64,000 bases of DNA, taken from positions 105,132 through 169,131 of the forward strand of contig CBFFSA010000022.1 in the NCBI GenBank assembly GCA_965644495.1. The letters are read 5' to 3'. The number at the start of each line of letters is the position of its first letter. Positions within the stretch are counted from its first letter, which is position 1. Positions 44,610-54,784 of this stretch are shown here, in pieces. The position numbers and the translations under genes were made by a program. The DNA comes from Perkinsela sp. CCAP 1560/9. Lineage: Eukaryota; Protista; Euglenozoa: Kinetoplastea. The notes beneath the pieces are model-generated. The model was given only the letters and a program-made list of their open reading frames with translations. It made no database searches and was not told where the DNA came from.

Positions 44610-47600
44610 TCACTGACGCAGTCCACCAATCCAATGTGCTTCTGGAATATACTCGCGGAGCTGCGATACAATAGTATACGCTGCTAGCTTTTCTATCTCG
44701 AGTTGGAAGGCCTCACGTACGTCTTCGTACTTTTGTTTGGCTCGTTGGGATAATGCCTTGAGGAGGGTTTTGGTGTCGTTGTGCAGAAGACCGCAGTCAG
44801 AGGCGGCCAGGCAACGAAAAGAGTCGCTTTCTACGCCTTTCTCCGTAACGTACTTCTTGAATTTCTTGTCGAGCACGTGCTGCATCAGCGCTGTACTTGT
44901 TTGTTTGGCATAGCTGCTGCAACAAGTGTGAACAACGGTAAAATCATACAGGACCTCCCCCATGTGGGGCCACATAATAGCAAGATCAGTACCGGATCGG
45001 ATTCTGCGGGCTTTGCAAGGATGATGTTCAGCTACTTCCGCTGAGATGGAACACTTGCACTTAGTACAGAAAAACGAAGAATGGATGCGCGGTTCGATAA
45101 TACAAGGGAGACCAGCTTTGGAGCACAAATCTGCGAGGTACCTCACTATGTGTGAGTGCTTTCTGGTGCAATTCATGCCCGAGCACCGGGAGCATCCTGC
45201 GACGTGTGGTATAATGCTGGTAGGAGATTCATGGCCACAGCATCCAGGGCATATAACATCGGCCGGTGCGTTATGTAATCCGATGCCCAAACGCATCATC
45301 AAAGTGTATCGGAAGAGGTACGGGTTTACATAATTGCTGGTGCTTTCTAAATGCATGTTTGATTCCTTTGTACGCTTCAATAAAAGTCCCATGTGAGAAT
45401 CCTTCTGCAGCTCAGTTATCTGTTTATCGTGTTCTGCACTTAGCTTCTTTTTCAATAGCTTGCGCGCTGCCTCTCCTCGACTTTGCGGTTGTTTCACAGC
45501 TTTTTCGCTGCCTTTCTGATCTACCGGAGCGTTATTGGGTTTAAGGTGCTCATCAATAGATTTGCTGGCAGTTTCGAAGAAATGTTTTTGCTTCAGAGTC
45601 GAGGAAATTAAGCCTAGGCCACCGAGTTTCTGTGGTAGAGCGGCGAGTTTCAGGGCGTTTGCGTCTGCTCCACTCCACTTTTCTAGAACTTTGTTTACTT
45701 GGTTCTCGAAGGATTGTGCTAGTTGGAAAGTAGCGCCTGGCCGATGTACTCGTAGATGGTAATCGTGCCGTGGAATCGTACAACGGCGGAGAATGGCAAG
45801 AGACAAATTACTGGGACCCATAAGCAACAACCTGCGGAATAGGCACTTGTGTTTCTCCATTTTCTTGATCAGCAGATTTTCCACGACTTGGTCTGTACCT
45901 ACGTATGCGCCTAAGACTTTTATCGCATCACTGCAAAAGTTTACTCCAAGTTTTTCCAACGGAGGAGGCTGAGCTATGTTGGGAATGTTCTTCTGAAACC
46001 AATCGCATTTCTGGAAATTAATTCGGAGGTTCATCTCTGCGGCGATCTCACGCAGGTAAAAGAAAGCTGCCTCCAATGCTTGCACGTTTTTGGAGCTCAA
46101 AGTCACATCGTCTTGGTATGCTCGGATCTTCACGTCAGGATAGAGGTGCATGAGTTCTCGTAGCGGGCCTTGCAAAAGTGCGCAGAAGTACATTGATGAA
46201 AGTTCCGATCCTTGGCGAATTCCTGAAGAGCTTTCGATGGTAGCAAACAGAGCATTGTGCGCAAAAAATAGCAGCTCAGAGGGAATCCCATATTCTAGGT
46301 AGAATAGGCGCATGAAAGGCTTGAAAATGGGATTACCAAGGAGTGCCTCAGCAATGGCGTTGCGTTGTGGTGTATTATACGCGTTGCTAAAATCGACGGT
46401 GAGGAGAGCATGTCCTTCTTCGTATTCATTTAAAAGTTCGTGAACGATGGACTCACATGCGTTTTTTTGCAAAATGCCTCGTTGAATTGGGGAGAAAAAA
46501 TTTTGCAGAGCGTTTTCATGTCGTTGTAGAAGGATGGAACCGCAAATCTTCAGAATGGTATCCCCCATCGCAATAGGTCGAATTCCATTTTGAGGTTTCG
46601 CTAGCGCGATGATTCTGCATCGGGTTAGACGTTTTCGCACATTCAGAGGAACTTCGCCGTTGATGACATCCCGAAGCATGTGGCAAAGTGAAAGACATGA
46701 CTCTTCGTCGTCTACGAGCAGTCGCATCATGCTTTCACTCAGGCCGGTTGGTCCTGGTGAAGCGCCTCTGGATAATTTTTCGGTCGCTAGGCGAACCTCT
46801 GATTTCTCAACAACGCCAGTCCGTGGGAAGTCTGCTTCCGGGATTCGTATGGCGTCGCCTTCAGGATGAAGTTGTTGAAGCTTTCGCACTTTTTCTTCAG
46901 GAGTGAGAGCTGATTCCTTGTAGACATTGTCCAGGATCCGAGTTGCTTTGCCAAGGTTTCCTGCCCGCGCCGTCTGTAGGGCGTGCCTGATCGAACGCCT
47001 GTCAATTTCTAACTCCGCCCGTTGTTCCGCACTCAAGTTGCTAGCTTCCAAGTTTTCTCGGTCGTTGCGAACATGAGCTACTTTTTGGTTTCGTCGAATT
47101 GCTTGACGTACTGTCGCAAGTGAATCGCGAGGCGCATTCAAAAATTTGTGCCATATCGCCTCTTTTTCTGAGTCAAGCTCCGCCGCTGCATATCCCCGAA
47201 TTATCGCACGGAAAATCGCCACAACATGAACCGCGAAAGATGGGCCTATTTGAGCCATAGGCGGGAGCGGATCAAGGTCACTCTGACCGTCTTCGCATGA
47301 GATGTGCTCCGCTTGTTCCTCCAAATTTTGTGTCGGCATCTCGATTTTGAATAACTTAGTGGCTTGGAGGTTACAGATTCTGATTTTATTGGACGGTGGA
47401 AGATAAAGAAAACCGCATGGACCATCGTGACCTAGAGCCGGCTCGTATGAAATCTTGACTTTCACGGTTGATTTTCGCACGGTCCTGCCTACAACGATGC
47501 CGTTTGACTTGTAGTTTGTAGTGTTCTGTCGGAAGCCCCATTCGATCACACATTCTGTACCCTTGCCCCACTTGGAAACGATGTTGTACACTTGGTCGGG

Positions 47601-48098
47601 CGATTTGTTGCCGGCCTGTGTCATTAGCTCCTGTACTCGATCTTGCGTCGATCCATCGTCGTCCAGACACATTGTATCACTGGTCTCGCTTTCTGTTTCG
47701 GACATTTCTTTGGCTGGGTCCTCTTGGATATGGTTTTCGTCATGGGCTATGTTCTCGTGTGATTGACTCGTAGATCCGATGCGGAAGTTCTTGGCTTTGA
47801 TTTTGATTAGATTCCGCGATGTGATTTCACACGGAGGCTCATGGTCCGCCCAATTCGGGGCTAGTGTTTTGGAACCTATTATCTTGATCTTTGGAGTCTT
47901 CTTCACCTTCACTGGTGTCTCCGTGTGCGATCCTGATTCTTCTGCTACCTTTATTCCGTTCGTCTTGCTTTGATCTCGTTGAGTACGTTGTTTTTCAACT
48001 CTCCCGTGAGACTTCCCGTTGTTCACTGTTGTTCTGCTGCCCTTTTTCCGCGTGTTTTCGGAATCTAAACGAGAAGACGTACGAGAAAGGCGTGTCAT
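44610..48098 (-). CDS. Intact CRE-like polyprotein family A2 (Tudor-like, RT, CCHC, RLE)
   Basis: GASPGPTG, RPIAMGD, DFSNAYN, GIRQGS, AYQDD, CPGC..HVAGC, SGTD..LYD; T-run 44457-44484. Confidence 0.92.
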   Translation of the reverse strand: MTRLSRTSSRLDSENTRKKGSRTTVNNGKSHGRVEKQRTQRDQSKTNGIKVAEESGSHTETPVKVKKTPKIKIIGSKTLAPNWADHEPPCEITSRNLIKIKAKNFRIGSTSQSHENIAHDENHIQEDPAKEMSETESETSDTMCLDDDGSTQDRVQELMTQAGNKSPDQVYNIVSKWGKGTECVIEWGFRQNTTNYKSNGIVVGRTVRKSTVKVKISYEPALGHDGPCGFLYLPPSNKIRICNLQATKLFKIEMPTQNLEEQAEHISCEDGQSDLDPLPPMAQIGPSFAVHVVAIFRAIIRGYAAAELDSEKEAIWHKFLNAPRDSLATVRQAIRRNQKVAHVRNDRENLEASNLSAEQRAELEIDRRSIRHALQTARAGNLGKATRILDNVYKESALTPEEKVRKLQQLHPEGDAIRIPEADFPRTGVVEKSEVRLATEKLSRGASPGPTGLSESMMRLLVDDEESCLSLCHMLRDVINGEVPLNVRKRLTRCRIIALAKPQNGIRPIAMGDTILKICGSILLQRHENALQNFFSPIQRGILQKNACESIVHELLNEYEEGHALLTVDFSNAYNTPQRNAIAEALLGNPIFKPFMRLFYLEYGIPSELLFFAHNALFATIESSSGIRQGSELSSMYFCALLQGPLRELMHLYPDVKIRAYQDDVTLSSKNVQALEAAFFYLREIAAEMNLRINFQKCDWFQKNIPNIAQPPPLEKLGVNFCSDAIKVLGAYVGTDQVVENLLIKKMEKHKCLFRRLLLMGPSNLSLAILRRCTIPRHDYHLRVHRPGATFQLAQSFENQVNKVLEKWSGADANALKLAALPQKLGGLGLISSTLKQKHFFETASKSIDEHLKPNNAPVDQKGSEKAVKQPQSRGEAARKLLKKKLSAEHDKQITELQKDSHMGLLLKRTKESNMHLESTSNYVNPYLFRYTLMMRLGIGLHNAPADVICPGCCGHESPTSIIPHVAGCSRCSGMNCTRKHSHIVRYLADLCSKAGLPCIIEPRIHSSFFCTKCKCSISAEVAEHHPCKARRIRSGTDLAIMWPHMGEVLYDFTVVHTCCSSYAKQTSTALMQHVLDKKFKKYVTEKGVESDSFRCLAASDCGLLHNDTKTLLKALSQRAKQKYEDVREAFQLEIEKLAAYTIVSQLREYIPEAHWIGGLRQ

Positions 48099-48129
48099 AA
48101 GCGTAGAAAAATAGAAAATTAAAATGAAT

Positions 48130-48142
48130 CAACAAGGTACAG
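48130..48142 (-). other. Spliced-leader relic (3' 13 nt, CTGTACCTTGTTG)
   Basis: 31 nt before ATG 48098, same position as the other copies. Confidence 0.7.
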
Positions 48143-49545
48143 TAAGCATGATTTTTAATTCAGGTTTCGTTGCAGCAAACAATACAATATCATCCGCGTA
48201 ATCAATGTCAGAAATTCTCAGTTCTTTGAGTCCTCGACTTTTTGTCCCGGATGTGTGCGTTACCAGCCCGAGCTTGTTCATGTCAATATCCTCTACCAAA
48301 ATTCGGTCCAGAACCATAACAAATAAGTAAGGAGCTAGAACATCTCCTTGAAGAGTGCCGCTTACAATAGGAAAATCTTCCGTTGTTCCGTAAGGGGTCC
48401 GTACATGAGATCGAAGATTTTTGTAAATTGACATCACAGCTGCACTCAGTTTTGGAGGTATTTCAAAAGCTCGGAGAGCCTCTTCAATCAATGATTCATC
48501 TTACTTTGCTTGCTTGTTTGCTCGTTTTTCCTAGAAGGATTGTTATTCCAGGTTGAAAAGTGATATTCAAAAAGTGTATCAATATCCACCTAATTGCCAC
48601 GGTGCCAATACTACTGTCGAATTGTTTGGTCCATTGTATTCTCTCAAAATGATTGAAAAACATAGCACGGGAAGCCTCTTTTATGGAGTCGAACGATATT
48701 GATGGAAAGGCTTTCTTGAAGTCTACGAAACATGCGTACACGCCTGTTCCTCTGTGCGATTTGCTTGCAATCTCCATAAATGTTGCCTGCGCGCCTGCTG
48801 TAGATCGATTCGGGCGGAAACCAAATTGGTTCCCACGGAGAGACTTCTCTACTGCTGGTTGGATGCGGTTTAGGATCATTCTGTTCAACACTTTAACCAC
48901 ATGGTTGACAAGGCATATTGGTCTCCAATTTCCCAGTGATTGCAAGTTTCCATTTTTTGGCAGCGGTACCTGTAATATGGACTTCCAAGATTGTTCCGCG
49001 TTCCCAGTTTCATGAACATCGTTCATTATATCAAGCAAAACAGTTCTCAACTCGCTGTCATCTGAAATTGCTCTGAGCGCCTCGATAGGTATGCTATCAG
49101 CCCCAGGAGCTTTTCCCGATTTGACCATTTGAAGAGCTGAAGACAATTCTTCTGGGCGAAATTTTCCGTCGTCAATCTGTTCTAAGCGTTTCGGTGCCGT
49201 TGGAAATCGAATGGTGCCTTTTTCAGCCACTGTCTCGTGTCCGACTTTCGAAAAATGATTTCTAACTGCTTCGAGACTTTCTTTGGCAGTTCTCCCAAAT
49301 ATTGCAAATTCACTTCTATTATCCCCAACAATATTTCGTATGGTTCTATACGCTGATTTAGGCGCCGATTTTAGTTCCTTTTCCAAAATTTCACACTCAG
49401 TTAAAATAGATGTCTCAATTCGATCAGAAAATATCTTAGTCGCATGTTTAAATTCACTTTTGCTGGAAACTACTTTCATAATATTCTTTAAGTTTAACAC
49501 ATCTGGGTCAATTTCCGAAAGAGCCGCATTATCCGCATTTTTTAT
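48143..49545 (-). pseudogene. RT fragments of a further APE-LINE family, interrupted at ~48495-48670
   Basis: KAPGAD, WRPI, QFGFR, DFKKAF; GTLQGDVLAP, DYADD. Confidence 0.88.
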
Positions 49546-49549
49546 TTGA

Positions 49550-50108
49550 TCCCCTTGACGCTGAAGGGATCGCATGTAGGCTGTTACTGTCGACTTTTGC
49601 AATTGACCCCCAGATCGGAATATGATTTGTATCAGACTCTTTGCATACGTATGTGCGGTTTGGATGCTGATGGTACCCGTTGAGTTTGCGGATTGATTAG
49701 TCTCATTTTCGACTCCAAGAAGCATATTATGCACCAATCTTCGCTTGGAACGTCATTTCCGAGATTTTCCTTCCAAACTGTATACTGTTTGTATACGCTG
49801 GAAAGGTGATTCCAGCGCGAGTTGGATTTCTCTTCTAATAGACGATCCTGGCCTAGTACGATCATTTGTTGAACGTCGACTGTAGGAATCGCGGCTCTTG
49901 TTTCTCTGTTGCCTTCCACGCGGTCGAGGAAGAGGTCTTCGATCTCCAGTAAGTTCTTTGCTCTTGATCTTGTTACTATCCCTGTAAAAGCCCTGTTGCT
50001 CGTGGAAGGTTGCTTGTACTGAGTACTTCGGACATGACTGGTAGTGCCGGCGCCGGTTGTGGTTTCCGTTTGATTTCCGTATGTTTCGTTTCCCGGGTAC
50101 GAGGACAC
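49550..50108 (-). pseudogene. N-terminal fragment of a second VIPER-like tyrosine recombinase (frameshifted)
   Basis: CFLES...TAHTYAKSL...VTAYMRSLQRQG aligns by eye with LFLET...TRMGYAGAL...LSLYVKALQAQG of 21586-22770. Confidence 0.6.
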
Positions 50109-50821
50109 TTCCGTGAGTACTCATCGAAACGCCCACGTGTCAAAACGAAACTCATCGAAACGAAAGAAACTCATCGAAGGTGATTTTAATTACTTTTGAG
50201 GTGGTAGCTGCATTTTCGACTAAAAAACAAATACACAATACTGCGGAAGTGGCAGACATAGGTCCTCAGTGCGCGATCTCAGTGCGGAGTTAATATCCTC
50301 CACCTCTCGTGCTCTAATCTTGAGCGCCGAAAATCCCATTCTGCTCGGTTGGACCTCGAGGCACTGGTTGGCGTAAACGTCGGGATGAATATGAAGGGTG
50401 TAGCTGTGGGGCGTGTCTTTTGGAAGTCTGTTTGTAAGACAGATTAGTATGAAGTAAAGCCCTTGAAGGGGCAAAGATATCAGAACGCTGAAAATATGGA
50501 GTAAAAAAATGCATTAGAAATCAACGGACCCTTTTTTTAAGAATAAATTATAAGAAGATATACGTTGACAACGCCTGCGTAGCGAAAACTACGAAATTCA
50601 GTGAGCTTCGCAAATTGCTTCCCACTAACGACGCACAGGGGAATCCTACGCGGGGTACGGCTCAGGCCCGCTCACGCGGGCCCTCGCCGTTTCGCGGCCG
50701 CGCGCACCCCCGCTCACGCGGGGGCCCCCGCGCGGCCAAAATGGGTACTAAAATTTGTTATCAAGGTAGTTGGGCTTCGCAAATTGCTTCCCACGAATCT
50801 AGAGAGAAGCACACGTACAAT

Positions 50822-50860
50822 AATCTTTAACGATAAAGATACAGTTTCTGCACCTTGTTG
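50822..50860 (+). other. Complete 39-nt spliced-leader copy (one T>C change)
   Basis: AATCTTTAACGATAAAGATACAGTTTCTGCACCTTGTTG, 23 nt before ATG 50884. Confidence 0.88.
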
Positions 50861-50883
50861 ATTATTTACTTTTTTTACCTTTC

Positions 50884-51159
50884 ATGGGAGTGTTCACACG
50901 CTCCAAAGCAAAAGAATCAGGAGTGGCTCCTGAGATTTTGCCGCTCCCTCCTGCCCGCCGGAAAAAGAAGGCCGTGATGCCAACTCCTCCTCCGCCCGCC
51001 GTGCCAATATCCACCACCTCCGCATGGAGCGCGCGGGTCGCCAAAAAATATAATTTTGTCCCAGGGCTACGCTCACAGTTGGGCCTTGCTCGCAAACGGG
51101 GGCTTTTGCCTCCAGAAGTGGGCTTCGCTCAAAGTTGGGCCTTGCCTCCAGACACGTAA
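50884..51159 (+). pseudogene. Short SL-led ORF, paralogous to the N-terminus of 2618-3253
   Basis: MGVFTRSKAKESGVAPEILPLPPARRKK versus MGMITRSRAKETGVAPVVQPLPPTRRRKK. Confidence 0.6.
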
Positions 51160-51556
51160 ACTAGGTGTCATAGTATAGGAAAACAAATACACAAACCTGC
51201 GGAAGTGGCAGACACAGATTCTCAGTGTCGCCGCTTTCTTATTTTCATGTTCTCGATTTTTTTCTTGCCAAAGCAATTAAAATCACCTTCGATGAGAAGA
51301 TTGACGTTTCGATGAGTCACCCTGTGACACGTAGGCACTTCGATGAGAAATCATCGAAGTGTCTCAAAAACTCACTGAAGTGCCCGTGGAGCCCGTTTCC
51401 CTCTTCTTGAAATTGATTTTTTATGCCCCTTAATAAATATATTTCCAGAATATTCTTCACTGTAAAGATTATTGCCCCTAATGTCGATAGTTCTATTATA
51501 TTGCCCCTTATATAATCTATTGTTTCTTGGACTAAATTTCTGTTGAATTCTTCGAG

Positions 51557-52329
51557 TCAGAATTTTTTCCCTTGCGGTTTTGTCATCGGGCCCGCGTTTC
51601 GCCCTGTTCGGTCGTTTTTTGTATCCATGGCTTTGATCATTGCAGGTAGAATTTTTCCCCGCAGTCCCCCGGTCGTTTTTGCTTCTTCAAGAACCTGTGC
51701 GAAGACGCGGCAGTCCCCATGTTGAACGCGAACTTTGTAAGCAACCAACGCCGCCAATATGTTGTCCCCGACCGCCATGTTCCCGTCTGATTTCCATACA
51801 AGTCCCATTTTCATTGAGTTTCGCACCCAAGCCAAAAATGCTAGCAACAAATCGTTCTTCCGATGCTCGTCTTGGTGATAGCGTGGGGCATTGCGTTCGG
51901 CAGCTCCAATACCAAAGTAGCGACGCAAATGAGCGTCCAATTCCACAAAACTACGATCTCGCGTCTCCGAGGGTGCCTCGATGAACATCGCGTACGTAGA
52001 TAATTCAAGCGGTTCGAACGTTCCAGTCTCTCGGCCTTCAACACGCTCCATCGCAGCGGAGTAAGGGTCAGTGGCGAGTTTCTCCACCACACGTAATCGA
52101 GCATTCGTCGGAGGAAACGTAAGCTCGCCAATTTCGCATAGTCCACCAACATGGTTGTTTTCTCTTCGCCAATCTTCTTCACCACTCCCTTCCACATTTC
52201 TCCACGTGGCACTTTGTCTGAGGACCATAAAACCGCGATAGTGTCGCCAACCTGACTCTCGGCCACAAACCGTCCAATGCGAGAGTCAGATAGTTGGGGG
52301 AGGTCATTCACGGTGCGTTTTTTTTGCAT
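51557..52329 (-). pseudogene. Gag-like ORF of a second VIPER-like family, frameshifted at ~52120
   Basis: FEPLELSTYAMFIE / FLAWV / W..GNMAVG..IL align by eye with FSPYDPVTWQPWID / LTEWV / W..HNLAVA..II of 20713-21582. Confidence 0.6.
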
Positions 52330-52332
52330 TGA

Positions 52333-53614
52333 GAGTGCATAAATCCACTTTGGCGCGCCGCTGCTGCTGCGCGTGGTCTCAGGTTTTGGTTTTCAGAAAA
52401 AGGCATATCAAAGTTTTGTGACTTCACGACTTCAATCGCGGCGATTTGCGTGTGCGGTGCCTCGGATCGCGCAACGCAAATCCATCAACATTCGGAGCGC
52501 ACACTCACGAGTGCATAAATCCACTTTGGCGCGCCGCTGCGTGCTGCGCGTGGTCTCAGCTTTCGGTTTTCAGAAAAAGGCGCATCAAAGTTTTGCGACT
52601 TCACGACTTCAATCGCGGCGATTTGCGTGTGCGGTGCCTCGGATCGCGCAACGCAAATCCATCAACATTCGGAGCGCACACTCACGATTGCATAAATCCA
52701 CTTTGGCGCGCCGCTGCGTGCTGCGCGTGGTCTCAGCTTTCGGTTTTCAGAAAAAGGCGCATCAAAGTTTTGTGACTTCGCGACTTCAATCGCGGCGATT
52801 TGCGTGTGCGGTGCCTCGGATCGCGCAACGCAAATCCATCAACATTCGGAGCGCACACTCACGAGTGCATAAATCCACTTTGGCGCGCCGCTGCGTGCTG
52901 CGCGTGGTCTCAGCTTTCGGTTTTCAGAAAAAGGCGCATCAAAGTTTTGCGACTTCACGACTTCAATCGCGGCGATTTGCGTGTGCGGTGCCTCGGATCG
53001 CGCAACGCAAATCCATCAACATTCGGAGCGCACACTCACGAGTGCATAAATCCACTTTGGCGCGCCGCTGCGTGCTGCGCGTGGTCTCAGCTTTCGGTTT
53101 TCAGAAAAAGGCGCATCAAAGTTTTGCGACTTCACGACTTCAATCGCGGCGATTTGCGTGTGCGGTGCCTCGGATCGCGCAACGCAAATCCATCAACATT
53201 CGGAGCGCACACTCACGATTGCATAAATCCACTTTGGCGCGCCGCTGCGTGCTGCGCGTGGTCTCAGCTTTCGGTTTTCAGAAAAAGGCGCATCAAAGTT
53301 TTGTGACTTCGCGACTTCAATCGCGGCGATTTGCGCGATGTGTGCGGTGCCTCGGATCGCGCAACGAAAATCCATCAACATTCGGAATGCGCACTCACGA
53401 GTGCATAAATCCACTTTGGCGCGCCCCTGCTGCTGCGCGTGGTCTCAGGTTTTGGTTTTCAGAAAAAGACATATCAAAGTTTTCTGACATCACGACTTCA
53501 ATCGCGGCGATTTGCATGTGCGCTGCCTCGGATCGCGCAACGCAAATCCATCAACATTCGGAGCTCACACTCACGAGTGCATATATCCACTTTGGCGCGC
53601 CGCTGCGTGCTGCG
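52333..53614. repeat. 177-bp tandem satellite, about 7.2 units
   Basis: Unit starts at 52333, 52509, 52686, 52863, 53040, 53217, 53399, 53575. Confidence 0.95.
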
Positions 53615-53790
53615 AAACCATATGTGATACATTCGTGAAAAATGTGGAGGAGTCAATTCAGGGGGGAAATAAAGGGGGGAGACTACTACGAGTAGATCTT
53701 ATGTTTTCCTTTTTGTAAATTATGCAGTCTGACTTAGCTTCTAATATCGATTAGAAGTTCGGATTCTCTTTTGACCATGGATCTCCAACT

Positions 53791-54575
53791 CTAAATTCCC
53801 AACTCTGCGGCACCCTTATCCTTCTCCAGAAAAGACCGCAGCTGTGAATGCACAACGGCCCCATTTAACTCTTGCAGGTGGAGCTGAAATTCGAGGTGTA
53901 CTTGCTTCCGGGGGAGACAGCACGCATCTGCTAGAGCACTCAGAAGGGACTTCGTGTTGTGGTGAAGCGCCCCCCCTGACAGCATTGGAATGCATCTGAA
54001 CATGTCCTCAGGAATTGTGCCGGGTCGGACGTAAGTGTCATGCTTACGTTTGATGGCATCACGAAACAGCTTTGCACAGTTTGTACCTAGGTTCGATGCC
54101 TCTAATTCATGAATTACGGTGAAATCATAAAAAATTTCCCCTGTATTCCAAAAAACGACAAGGTCAGGTCCTGATCTTCGAAAAGAACGACCACCGCATA
54201 CCTTTTCATGCGTCCGCCGGTAATCGGAGTCCACTTTCTGGTTACACTGCGTGCACGCATATGTCGAGAAATTACGCGGTTCTTTTTCGCATGGAATGCC
54301 TGCCTTCAAACAGAGCTCGTAAAGAAAATTGACTAGCGAATTATGTTTTGTAGTTGCGTTTAAGCCTTGGCACTTCGAACACCCGGGGATGTGTGTTAAA
54401 ATTGTTTGCGATTCTAGTAGCATTTTGCAACCCGGGCAGAGCAATTGCTTAGGTAGACTCGGATGAGCAATACCCAATCTCGGCATCATTGCAAGCGAGA
54501 ACAAATGCGAGGGCACAAATTTTGCATTGGACATAACCCATTCTGCATTACCCGTGTAACTTACCGCTTTCAGGA
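53791..54575 (-). pseudogene. 3' fragment of CRE-like element (CCHC plus RLE)
   Basis: CPGC..THIPGC, KHN, EPR, CTQC..H...C, SGPD..FYD. Confidence 0.88.
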
Positions 54576-54595
54576 TCCAATCCAATCCAATCCAA
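54576..54595 (-). repeat. (TTGGA)4 3' tail of the LINE
   Basis: TCCAA x4 on the plus strand, at the end of the 3' UTR. Confidence 0.7.
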
Positions 54596-54784
54596 AAGAC
54601 CGACATATGTCGGTTAGAATGTTAAATGTTTTCCCCCCGAACTTATACTCCCTCGCCTTCCAGTTCAGAGTTTAGTAGTGCCTACTATTTTACTTTCACA
54701 CAATACTTTTCCTTTATCTTCCTGAACTCTTCCTCAGGGTATTCCGAACCTGCTGGTGGAAACACGTCTTCCGCCCAACTCTTA

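Noticed and set aside
50070-50180. Hammerhead ribozyme on the minus strand (GATGAG...GAAAC)
   Set aside because: Core reads TCGATGA rather than CTGATGA, and stems I and III could not be built.
52373-53638. 421-aa repeat protein
   Set aside because: Translation of the 177-bp (59-codon) satellite; GTG start, indels in edge units.
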